A stretch of DNA of 64,000 nt from Herbinix sp. (GTDB lineage: Bacteria > Bacillota > Clostridia > Lachnospirales > Lachnospiraceae). The DNA is taken from NCBI GenBank assembly GCA_029256105.1, contig JAQSYO010000013.1, forward strand, positions 16,023 to 80,022, given 5' to 3'. A program made the position numbers and the translations under genes. Positions 31,076 to 40,198 of the stretch are shown piece by piece. Below the pieces are notes generated by a model. It was not told the origin of the DNA. It did not search any database and saw only the letters and a program-made list of their open reading frames with translations. Position 1 is the stretch's first letter. Each line of letters opens with the position of its first letter.

Positions 31076-32368
31076 ATGAATATGTTGCAACAAATACCAG
31101 AGGTATTAAAAACGAAAGGTGAGGAGCTGGAAACCTTTTATAGAAAAGTATATCCGGAATTGGCGCCGCTTGTGAAACAGTGTTTTCTGAATACAATAGA
31201 AACTACGGTTAAAAAACTGGAGGATGGAAGTTATTTTGTCATTACGGGAGACATTCCGGCAATGTGGCTTAGAGATTCTACAGCACAGCTTCGTCCATAT
31301 GTTAAATATGTAAAACAAGATCCTTATTTAAAGGAAATTATCAAAGGTGTCATCCATAAGCAAGCAGAGTTCGTGTGTATCGATCCTTATGCTAATTCGT
31401 TCAACGAAAGTGCAAATGGACACGGACATAAAGATCAGACAGAACGAAATGATCATGTTTGGGAACGAAAATATGAAGTGGATTCTCTATGTGCGCCTTT
31501 ATATCTTGCGTATTATTATTGGAAGGAGTCAGAGGAAACCGATGTATTTCAGGATACCTTCCGTATGATGATCCAGAAGATTCTTCATATTTTCCGTGTG
31601 GAACAAAATCATGTCAACTCGTCTTACCGTTTTCAAAGAACTGATTGTGTGGAGACGGATACACTTCCACAGGGAGGATTAGGTAATCCAGTGGTTTCCA
31701 CTGGTATGACGTGGTCAGGATTTCGACCTTCTGATGATCGGTGCATTTATGGCTACTTGATACCGGCAAATATGATGGCTGTTACTGCACTCAAATATGC
31801 GTCAGAAATATCAGTTGAGATTTATAAGGATCCGGTATTGGAGAAGGAATGCTATGAGCTTGCGATGGAAATAGAGACGGGTATTCAAAAACATGCGATA
31901 GTTGAGCACCCAGTTTACGGAAAAATGTATGCATATGAAACAGATGGAAGAGGTAACTATACTTTGATGGATGATGCGAATTCTCCAAGTCTGCTTGCAA
32001 TTCCTTATTTGGAATATCGTGATAATAAGGATGAGATTTATCAGAATACAAGAGCTTTCCTTCTATCCAAGGATAATCCATATTATTATTGCGGACAATA
32101 CGCAAAGGGAGTAGGAAGTCCCCATACACCGCAGGGTTATGTGTGGCACATTGGCTTAATTATGCAAGCCCTAACCTCGAGTAGCAGAGAAGAAATTCTA
32201 TCTTGTTTGGAGATGATATCAAAAACCCATGCAGGCTGTAATTATATGCATGAAGCCTTCGATCCAAATAGTCCTCAAGAATATACGAGACCTTGGTTTG
32301 CCTGGGCAAATACTCTGTTTGCAGAGCTAATGGAAAAATTGATGTTGAACAAATTCTGGGAGATATAA
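31076..32368 (+). CDS. GH125 exo-alpha-1,6-mannosidase
   Basis: ITGDIPAMWLRDS, ERKYEVDS, FRPSDD, MDDAN, GSPHT, TRPWFAWAN. Confidence 0.92.
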   Translation: MNMLQQIPEVLKTKGEELETFYRKVYPELAPLVKQCFLNTIETTVKKLEDGSYFVITGDIPAMWLRDSTAQLRPYVKYVKQDPYLKEIIKGVIHKQAEFVCIDPYANSFNESANGHGHKDQTERNDHVWERKYEVDSLCAPLYLAYYYWKESEETDVFQDTFRMMIQKILHIFRVEQNHVNSSYRFQRTDCVETDTLPQGGLGNPVVSTGMTWSGFRPSDDRCIYGYLIPANMMAVTALKYASEISVEIYKDPVLEKECYELAMEIETGIQKHAIVEHPVYGKMYAYETDGRGNYTLMDDANSPSLLAIPYLEYRDNKDEIYQNTRAFLLSKDNPYYYCGQYAKGVGSPHTPQGYVWHIGLIMQALTSSSREEILSCLEMISKTHAGCNYMHEAFDPNSPQEYTRPWFAWANTLFAELMEKLMLNKFWEI

Positions 32369-32404
32369 TTTAATGCCATGGAAATATCTGCATTAATTCT
32401 GGGA

Positions 32405-32452
32405 AGAGTCGTTGTAAATAGCGAAACAGGCTATTTACAACGACTCTTTTTC
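32405..32452 (+). terminator. Rho-independent terminator ending the mannosidase operon
   Basis: AAGAGTCGTTGTAAATAGC...GCTATTTACAACGACTCTTTT. Confidence 0.8.
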
Positions 32453-32642
32453 TTTAGTTATCGCCGTTCCATAGATCAGATAAATCAAGTCTACCCGAAA
32501 CAATATTCATTGTATACGGATAATTTTAGCTGGGTTTGATCAAGTTCTATTATTGTCTTTTGTTGGTTAATGTTGTATAATCAATCTGGTATACAATATA
32601 TAGTACAAAAGGGAATTATTAACTTACCACGGAGGGCTGGAG

Positions 32643-33824
32643 ATGAAGAAAAAGCTTCTTTCTATGGGATTATTTCTTATAATAGCTACTATGTTAGCTG
32701 GCTGTAGTACTGCTGAAAGTTATTATAGGGATGGAAAGAAAAGCTTTGTTAATGGGGATTATGAAGCGGCAGCTGCAAGTTTTGTTGCAGCAATTGGTGA
32801 GAACCCCAATCGAGCTGACTACTACATAAATTATGGTATGACACTAATTGCACTGAATAAAGAGGAAGAAGCTCTGGCACAATTTGACCATGCCTATATG
32901 GATAAAGATATTCTTATGGTGAAAGAAAACAATAAACGTATTTTTCGCGGAAAAGGAATAGCTTACTATAATATGCTTCAATATGATAACGCTATTAAGG
33001 AATTTAAAAAGGCACTTCAAATTGGCGAATTATCAGAGCTGGATATGGATATATTGTATTATATAGGCAATTCGATGATGAATATTGGCTTATATGAAGA
33101 GGCAATTGGATCGTATACCTCAATTCTGGATATAGATAAAAGTAATGCAATATCGTTTAGCAACCGGGCCTTATGTTATAAGAGAATCGGAGATTATGAT
33201 AATAGCCGAAAAGATTATGATATGGCAATTTCTTTACAACCCAACAATTACGATGCTTATTTTGGCAAGTATTATTTACTGGCAGAAAATAATGAAGCTG
33301 CGAATGCAGCCGATGTATTGACACTGGCGTCTGAGATTGAGGTTAAGACAAGTGAGGATCGTTATAATCAAGCTAAGGTTCACTTCTATCAGGAAAACTA
33401 TGAAACAGCGTTATCCGAGTTAAGTGAAGGATTTGCGAATGGTTTTACAGAGGCTTATTACTATATCGGAGAGATATACCGAATACAGAAGGATTACCCC
33501 AAAGCAATTTATTATTATGAAACCTTTATCAAAGAGGGGGAGATTTTAACTCCCAATGTATATAATCAAATCGCTTCCTGTCTAATTAAATCAGGAGATT
33601 ATAATAATGCGATTAAATATTTAGAAAAAGGAATTGCTTACAATCATGCAGATACAATACAGGTTTTGATGAAGAATGAAATCATTGCTTATGAATGTAT
33701 GGGTATGTTTGATAAAGCCAAGGAAAAAATCGAGGAATACCTTACGAGATATCCGGACGATTTAAAAGCCTTAAGAGAAGAAGAGTTTATAGATACGAGA
33801 TTAATTGATGGTGCAGCAGAGTAG
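32643..33824 (+). CDS. Tetratricopeptide-repeat lipoprotein
   Basis: Lipobox LAGC, repeated TPR pattern (YYINYG..A, RGKGIAYY..AIKEFKKAL). Confidence 0.85.
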   Translation: MKKKLLSMGLFLIIATMLAGCSTAESYYRDGKKSFVNGDYEAAAASFVAAIGENPNRADYYINYGMTLIALNKEEEALAQFDHAYMDKDILMVKENNKRIFRGKGIAYYNMLQYDNAIKEFKKALQIGELSELDMDILYYIGNSMMNIGLYEEAIGSYTSILDIDKSNAISFSNRALCYKRIGDYDNSRKDYDMAISLQPNNYDAYFGKYYLLAENNEAANAADVLTLASEIEVKTSEDRYNQAKVHFYQENYETALSELSEGFANGFTEAYYYIGEIYRIQKDYPKAIYYYETFIKEGEILTPNVYNQIASCLIKSGDYNNAIKYLEKGIAYNHADTIQVLMKNEIIAYECMGMFDKAKEKIEEYLTRYPDDLKALREEEFIDTRLIDGAAE

Positions 33825-33829
33825 ATAAT

Positions 33830-34153
33830 GAATTCAGCATAGCTGAATTCTTGGTAAATATAAGAATGAATTCCAGTGGAAATTCATCCTTTTATTTACA
33901 GTTATTCATCAGCATTAGCGGCCACAGTGTGGCCATGCTGGGTTAGTATGAAAAAAGAATTCAGCATAGCTGAATTCTTGGTAAATATAAGAATGAATTC
34001 TAGTGGAAATTCATCCTTATATTTACAGTTGTTCATCAGCATTAGCGGCCACAGTGTGGCCATGCTGGGTTAGTGTGAAAAAAGAATTCAGCATAGCTGA
34101 ATTCTTGGTAAATAAAAGAATGAATTCCGGTGGAAATTCATCCTTATATTTAC
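33830..34153. repeat. 2.5 tandem copies of a 127-bp unit containing three hairpins
   Basis: GAATTCAGCATAGCTGAATTC begins at 33830, 33957 and 34084; copies 1 and 2 differ at 4 positions. Confidence 0.95.
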
Positions 34154-34210
34154 GGGTGAAGGCGAATTATAAATTCGCTTAGGAAGAACTAGGAAATGAG
34201 GTTGTTATAA

Positions 34211-35455
34211 ATGGCGGATATGTTTGATATAAAAGAAGTGGAAGAACGGTTTGTCTTAGTGGCGGTCGCTGCTTCAGATAGTGATGATACAAAAGAGTCT
34301 CTAGATGAATTGGAAGAATTAGCGGCTACAGCGGGAGCCTTAACCGTAGGAAAGATTATTCAAAATAGGGAAAGTATACATCATGGTACTTATATTGGAA
34401 AAGGCAAGATAGATGAAGTGAAAGCACTTGCAGTAGAAACCGGTGCTACCGGTGTGGTATGTGACGATGAGCTTACACCAACACAGTTGAGGAATCTTGA
34501 GGATGCCTTACAGATGAAGGTTCTTGACCGTACTGTAATCATTCTTGATATTTTTGCAAGCCGTGCCTCCACAAAGGAGGGCAAAATTCAAGTAGAATTG
34601 GCCCAGTTAAAATATAGATCTTCCAGATTGATCGGTCTTCGTAATTCACTATCCAGACTAGGCGGTGGTATTGGTACCAAGGGTCCGGGTGAGAAGAAGC
34701 TGGAAATGGACCGTCGATTAGTTAAGGATAGAATTAATCAACTAAGACAGGAGCTGGAGGAGGTCAAACAAAACAGAGAGACTGCAAGAAACTTAAGAAG
34801 TAGAAATCGCATTCCGGTGATTGCAATTGTTGGATATACCAATGCAGGAAAGTCGACCTTGCTTAATTATTTGACCCATGCTGGAGTATTAGAGGAAAAT
34901 AAGCTTTTTGCTACACTAGATCCAACAACTAGAAATTTAACACTAGAAAGCGGACAACAGATCTTGGTTACGGATACGGTTGGATTTATTCGAAAACTCC
35001 CCCATCATTTGGTGGAATCCTTTCGCAGTACGTTAGAGGAAGCGAAATATTCCGATATTATTCTTCATGTGGTAGATAGCTCTAATCCGGATGTGGATCG
35101 TCAGATGCATATTGTATATGAAACCTTAAATAATTTAGGAATTCAAGATAAAATAATCATTACTGCTTTTAATAAACAAGATAAGTTGGAATCGGACCAA
35201 GTATTAAAAGATTTTAAAGCAGATTACACCATTAAAATATCTGCAAAAACGGGTATGGAGGTTGACAACTTACTGAATGTAATTGAAAAGGTATTGAATG
35301 AACGAAAAGTGTTACTCGAAAAAGTGTTTTCCTACGAGGATGCAGGTAAAATTCAAGTCATTCGAAAATATGGTCAGCTGCTAGAGGAAGAATACCAGCA
35401 GGATGGTATTTTTGTAAAGGCATATGTACCAAAGGATGTATTACAGAGTCTGTAA
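34211..35455 (+). CDS. hflX: Ribosome-splitting GTPase HflX
   Basis: EGKIQVELAQL, GGGIGTKGPGEKKLE, GYTNAGKST, LFATLD, DTVGFI, NKQD. Confidence 0.96.
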   Translation: MADMFDIKEVEERFVLVAVAASDSDDTKESLDELEELAATAGALTVGKIIQNRESIHHGTYIGKGKIDEVKALAVETGATGVVCDDELTPTQLRNLEDALQMKVLDRTVIILDIFASRASTKEGKIQVELAQLKYRSSRLIGLRNSLSRLGGGIGTKGPGEKKLEMDRRLVKDRINQLRQELEEVKQNRETARNLRSRNRIPVIAIVGYTNAGKSTLLNYLTHAGVLEENKLFATLDPTTRNLTLESGQQILVTDTVGFIRKLPHHLVESFRSTLEEAKYSDIILHVVDSSNPDVDRQMHIVYETLNNLGIQDKIIITAFNKQDKLESDQVLKDFKADYTIKISAKTGMEVDNLLNVIEKVLNERKVLLEKVFSYEDAGKIQVIRKYGQLLEEEYQQDGIFVKAYVPKDVLQSL

Positions 35456-35546
35456 GTCAATAGGCAAAAGTTTCAAAATACCCATAATTTTAAGCTTGTC
35501 GGCTATTTATAAAGAATTCTTTATAGGTATTAATTACTAAATTAAA

Positions 35547-35593
35547 ATACTAGATATAGTGTGAAGATGAAAATACTCACATATATCTAGTAT
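35547..35593 (+). promoter_or_regulatory. Tandem NrdR boxes
   Basis: ATACTAGATATAGTGT (35547-62) and CACATATATCTAGTAT (35578-93), 31 bp apart, resemble acaCwAtATaTwGtgt; directly upstream of the nrdD promoter. Confidence 0.8.
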
Positions 35594-35600
35594 TTTTGTG

Positions 35601-35629
35601 TTGACTATTATGGTGAATTCTGGTACTAT
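35601..35629 (+). promoter_or_regulatory. Sigma-A promoter of nrdD
   Basis: TTGACT-17 bp-TACTAT with TG extension. Confidence 0.7.
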
Positions 35630-35684
35630 TGAAACATAAAGTTAGCGTATAGAATACAACTAAGTGAGAAGCGGGAAGGGAGAT

Positions 35685-38066
35685 ATGTTACAGATGATTA
35701 ACGTTATAAAAAGAGATGGCCAGGTTGCCGGATTCGACCTAAAAAAAATCAGTGAAGCTATAACAAAAGCCTTCAAAGCAACAGAAAAGTTTTACACAGA
35801 GGAGATAATTAGTTTATTATCACTTCGTGTGACTTCGGATTTTCAGAAAAAGATTCAGGATGAACTTATACATGTAGAGGACGTTCAGGATAGCGTGGAA
35901 AATGTTTTGGAGCAAACCGGATATACTGAGGTGGCAAAAGCATACATTTTATATCGTAAAAATCGAGAAAAAATCCGTAACATGAAATCCACAATTCTAG
36001 ATTATAAGGAAATCGTAAACAACTACGTGAATGAAGAAGATTGGAGAGTAAAAGAAAACTCAACGGTTACTTATTCCGTAGGCGGTCTTATATTACATAA
36101 TTCGGGAGCAATTACTGCGAACTATTGGTTATCTGAAGTATATGACGAAGAGATTGCAAATGCTCACCGTAATGCGGACATCCATTTGCACGATTTATCC
36201 ATGTTAACCGGATACTGCGCCGGGTGGTCTTTAAAGCAATTAATTAAGGACGGATTAGGCGGAATCCCTGGTAAGATTACATCTTCCCCTGCAAGTCACT
36301 TATCAACCCTTTGCAACCAAATGGTTAATTTCTTAGGAATTATGCAGAACGAATGGGCTGGAGCACAGGCATTTTCTTCTTTTGATTCCTATTTAGCACC
36401 TTTTGTAAAGGTAGATAATTTAACATACAAAGAAGTAAAGCAGTGTATCCAATCGTTCGTATATGGTGTAAATACGCCCAGTCGTTGGGGTACACAAGCG
36501 CCATTCTCCAATATTACACTTGATTGGACAGTACCGAACGATCTTGCTGAATTACCATGCGTAATTGGTGGTAAAGAAGTAGATTTTAAATACAAAGACT
36601 GTAAGAAAGAAATGGATGTGGTGAATAAAGCGTTTATCGAAATTATGATTGAAGGTGACGCAAACGGTAGAGGCTTCCAATACCCGATTCCGACCTATTC
36701 TATTACAAAGGATTTTGATTGGTCCGATACCGAAAATAATCGTTTGTTATTTGAAATGACAGCAAAATACGGAACTCCGTATTTCTCGAATTATATTAAC
36801 AGTGATATGGAACCGAGCGATGTACGTTCTATGTGCTGCAGACTTCGTCTTGATCTTAGAGAACTCCGCAAGAAGACCGGAGGATTCTTTGGTTCCGGTG
36901 AAAGCACAGGCTCGGTTGGCGTTGTAACAATTAATATGCCTAGAATTGCTTATTTATCAGCAGATGAAAATGAGTTCTTCGGACGTTTGAACCGAATGAT
37001 GGATATTTCTGCACGTTCCTTAAGGGTAAAAAGAGGAGTTATTACAAAACTTCTTGAGGAAGGCTTATATCCCTATACGAAGCATTATTTAGGATCCTTT
37101 GAAAGCCATTTCTCCACAATCGGCTTAATTGGTATGAATGAAGTAGGCTTGAATGCAAAATGGCTTGGCGAGGATATGACGCATACTAAGACAAAAGAAT
37201 TTGCTGAAAAGACTTTGAATTATATGAGAGATCGTCTATCCGATTATCAGGAAGAATATGGCGATTTATATAACTTGGAAGCATCACCAGCGGAATCTAC
37301 GACATATCGTCTTGCAAAAGCGGATAAAAAGCGTTGGTCTGATATCAAAACAGCAGGAAAAGAAGGAGATACCCCTTATTATACTAATAGCTCTCATTTA
37401 CCGGTAGGTTATACGGAGGATATCTTTGAAGCTCTGGATATTCAAGATGCTTTGCAGACGCTTTATACCTCAGGTACTGTATTTCATGCATTCCTTGGCG
37501 AAAAGCTTCCGGATTGGGAAGCAGCAGCAAAACTGGTAAAGGCAATTGCAAGTAATTATAAGCTGCCTTATTATACGCTTTCACCTACTTATTCCGTATG
37601 TAAAACGCACGGATATTTGATTGGAGAGCAGTTTACCTGTCCTCACTGTGGTGAAAAAGCTGAGGTTTATAGCCGTATTACTGGCTATTATCGTCCGGTT
37701 CAAAATTGGAATGAAGGCAAGGCACAGGAATATAAGAATAGAAAACTATATAATACGGAACAGTCTGGAGAAAAGCAATCAAATGTTAGCCAAAAGGCGG
37801 ATAGAGTTGCCGAAGAAACAATTCAAATGGAAGACGGTTTGTATCTCTTTACCACGAAGACTTGCCCGAACTGTCGCGCGGCAAAGGAATATTTAAAGGA
37901 TATGACTTACGCAATCGTAGATGCGGAAGAAAATCCGGATTTAGCAAGGAACTTCCGTATTATGCAAGCGCCTACGCTCGTAGAGATTAAAGCTGGCACA
38001 GCTAAGAAACATGTAAATGCTTCTAACATTAAACTTTTTGCTGAGGAGCAATTGATTTGTTTGTAA
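35685..38066 (+). CDS. nrdD: Class III anaerobic ribonucleotide reductase with C-terminal glutaredoxin-like domain
   Basis: ATP cone (VIKRDG), RSMCCRL, YYTNS, CKTHG..CPHC Zn site, RITGYY glycyl radical loop, C-terminal TCPNC..QAPTL; start 35685 or 35694. Confidence 0.93.
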   Translation: MLQMINVIKRDGQVAGFDLKKISEAITKAFKATEKFYTEEIISLLSLRVTSDFQKKIQDELIHVEDVQDSVENVLEQTGYTEVAKAYILYRKNREKIRNMKSTILDYKEIVNNYVNEEDWRVKENSTVTYSVGGLILHNSGAITANYWLSEVYDEEIANAHRNADIHLHDLSMLTGYCAGWSLKQLIKDGLGGIPGKITSSPASHLSTLCNQMVNFLGIMQNEWAGAQAFSSFDSYLAPFVKVDNLTYKEVKQCIQSFVYGVNTPSRWGTQAPFSNITLDWTVPNDLAELPCVIGGKEVDFKYKDCKKEMDVVNKAFIEIMIEGDANGRGFQYPIPTYSITKDFDWSDTENNRLLFEMTAKYGTPYFSNYINSDMEPSDVRSMCCRLRLDLRELRKKTGGFFGSGESTGSVGVVTINMPRIAYLSADENEFFGRLNRMMDISARSLRVKRGVITKLLEEGLYPYTKHYLGSFESHFSTIGLIGMNEVGLNAKWLGEDMTHTKTKEFAEKTLNYMRDRLSDYQEEYGDLYNLEASPAESTTYRLAKADKKRWSDIKTAGKEGDTPYYTNSSHLPVGYTEDIFEALDIQDALQTLYTSGTVFHAFLGEKLPDWEAAAKLVKAIASNYKLPYYTLSPTYSVCKTHGYLIGEQFTCPHCGEKAEVYSRITGYYRPVQNWNEGKAQEYKNRKLYNTEQSGEKQSNVSQKADRVAEETIQMEDGLYLFTTKTCPNCRAAKEYLKDMTYAIVDAEENPDLARNFRIMQAPTLVEIKAGTAKKHVNASNIKLFAEEQLICL

Positions 38067-38097
38067 ATTAAGATATAAATTATAATGATTAATTTAT

Positions 38098-38204
38098 AAA
38101 GTCCTTAGGTTTTGAATGATATAGTTCCTTTGTAACAGACGGACGAATAATATCCGTCCATCTACTACAAGGGAAGCATATTATTACAGGCCTGAGGACT
38201 TTTT
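38098..38204. repeat. Long imperfect hairpin, possible IS-end/MITE remnant acting as terminator
   Basis: AAAGTCCTTAGG..ATATAGTTCCTTTGTA..TACAAGGGAAGCATAT..CCTGAGGACTTT; inner part resembles 43491-43549. Confidence 0.6.
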
Positions 38205-38420
38205 AACGAAGTTTTATTACTCGATATTTTATTGAAATGTAATCTATAAGTAGGAAAAAGATAATAATTTTGTTGCCTTGCCTGTTTATGTGAGGTACAA
38301 TTAATAATTAATAGAATCTTATTTCATTCATTTTTTTGCTTAGAAAATATCACTGAAATACAATAATATATTGAGATAAGAAAAGCCGGGAGGGAAAATC
38401 CTCCAAAGGAGGAATTGATT

Positions 38421-39269
38421 ATGAGTTTAGCAGATAACATTTTTATAACGATGTGCAAAGATGTATTAGAAAACGGTGTCAGTACCGAAGGAGAGAAGGT
38501 TAGGCCAAAATGGGAGGATGGCTCCTTTGCCTATACAATCAAGAAATTTGGTGTTGTTAATCGATATGATTTATCGAAGGAATTTCCGGCACTAACCTTG
38601 CGAAAAACAGCGATAAAGACTTCAATTGATGAGATTCTTTGGATCTGGCAGAAGAAGTCGAATAATGTGAATGATTTAAATAGCCATATCTGGGACAGTT
38701 GGGCAGATGAAACAGGATCCATCGGAAAAGCCTACGGTTATCAGCTCGGAGTAAAGCATAGTTACAAAGAAGGTGAGATGGATCAGGTTGACCGTGTTAT
38801 TTACGATTTGAAGAATAATCCCTACAGCAGAAGGATTATGACGAATATCTATGTTCATCAGGACTTACAGGAGATGAACCTCTATCCCTGTGCTTATAGC
38901 ATGACCTTCAATGTTACGAAGAAGAAGGATAGCGATAAACTTGTTTTGAATGCTATTTTGAATCAACGATCCAACGATATTCTTGCTGCAAATAGTATGA
39001 ATGTATGCCAGTATGCGGTTCTTGTGCATATGCTGGCGCAGGTCTGTGGTTATGAGGTGGGAGAGTTGTTGCATGTGATCGCAGATGCACATATTTATGA
39101 TAGACATATCCCTATTATTAAGGAATTAATCGAGCGTCCCACCTTTGATGCGCCAACGTTCTGGATGAATCCCGAGGTGAAGGATTTCTATGAATTTACC
39201 GTCGATGATTTTGAATTAAGAGATTATAAATTTGGACCGAAGGTGGAGAATATTCCGGTAGCAGTATAA
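38421..39269 (+). CDS. thyA: Thymidylate synthase
   Basis: IWDSWA, GKAYG, PYSRR, LYPC, QRSND, DAHIY; upstream TTGCCT-17-TACAAT promoter at 38273-38301. Confidence 0.96.
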   Translation: MSLADNIFITMCKDVLENGVSTEGEKVRPKWEDGSFAYTIKKFGVVNRYDLSKEFPALTLRKTAIKTSIDEILWIWQKKSNNVNDLNSHIWDSWADETGSIGKAYGYQLGVKHSYKEGEMDQVDRVIYDLKNNPYSRRIMTNIYVHQDLQEMNLYPCAYSMTFNVTKKKDSDKLVLNAILNQRSNDILAANSMNVCQYAVLVHMLAQVCGYEVGELLHVIADAHIYDRHIPIIKELIERPTFDAPTFWMNPEVKDFYEFTVDDFELRDYKFGPKVENIPVAV

Positions 39270-39314
39270 TAGTGAAATCAGAAACAGTTGGTTATGAAGT
39301 ATAAAGAAATAATT

Positions 39315-39384
39315 TGAGTTGAAATAAACAGAACTAGTTAGAGCTGAAATAAATAGAGCAGAAATAAATAGAGCTGAAATAAAC
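39315..39384. repeat. 15-bp tandem repeat AGAGCTGAAATAAAY (3 tandem + 1 displaced copy)
   Basis: Copies at 39315, 39340, 39355, 39370. Confidence 0.8.
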
Positions 39385-39485
39385 AAAATTAGGAACTGCT
39401 GAAAGCAAATAGTTATAGAGAAGTAATGGAATTAATATAACTTGAGGTAGTAAGAAGTAGGAATAGAAGAAAGAAGGAGTAATAA

Positions 39486-39977
39486 ATGAATTTAATCGCT
39501 GCTGTAGACAATAATTGGGCTATCGGTTATCAGAATAAACTTTTGGTAAGCATTCCTGCGGATATGCGTTTCTTTCGAGATGTGACAACCAATAATGTTG
39601 TTATTATGGGAAGAAGCACGTTAGAGACCTTTCCAAGTGGGCTCCCATTGAAGGATAGAATTAATATCGTTATCTCACGAAATAAAGATTTTAAAGTGAA
39701 GGATACCTTAGTAGTTAATAGCATTGAGGAGGTCTTGGAGGCGACGAAGAATTATACCACAGAGGATATCTATGTGATAGGGGGTGCAAGTATTTATAAA
39801 CAAATGCTTCCTTATTGTGATGTAGCTTATATAACAAAAATTGATTATGCTTACTTAGCTGATACTTATTTTCCGAATTTAGATGAGATGCAGGAGTGGG
39901 AATTAGTAGATGAGGCCGAAGAGCAGACTTATTATGATCTTCCATATGTATTTTGTAGGTACGAGAGAAAGAAATAG
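39486..39977 (+). CDS. folA: Dihydrofolate reductase
   Basis: IAAVDNNWAIG, DMRFF, IMGRST, PLKDR, IGGASIY, ADTYFP. Confidence 0.95.
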   Translation: MNLIAAVDNNWAIGYQNKLLVSIPADMRFFRDVTTNNVVIMGRSTLETFPSGLPLKDRINIVISRNKDFKVKDTLVVNSIEEVLEATKNYTTEDIYVIGGASIYKQMLPYCDVAYITKIDYAYLADTYFPNLDEMQEWELVDEAEEQTYYDLPYVFCRYERKK

Positions 39978-40198
39978 GAACATAATTTAGTCTTATTGCA
40001 CTAGCCATGGTAAACTTTTAATTATAATAAATTTGTATCATTCGAAATTTATTAAAACCTTATGAAATGGATAAAATAAGTGAAAAAATACTTGAAAAAT
40101 CAGTAAAGTAAGACTACTATAGAGGATATACAAAAAAATGGTAGCCTATGCCGTTTATAATGAAGTCATGGGATGAAAGAAAAGGAAGGATGATAAGA

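Noticed and set aside
33876-34073. 65-aa ORF in the ORF track
   Set aside because: Lies wholly in the 127-bp repeat, changes frame relative to the unit, no clear RBS; likely incidental
33830-34153. CRISPR array or type III toxin-antitoxin RNA array
   Set aside because: Sequence between palindromes is repeated, not unique; the downstream gene is hflX, not a toxin or cas gene
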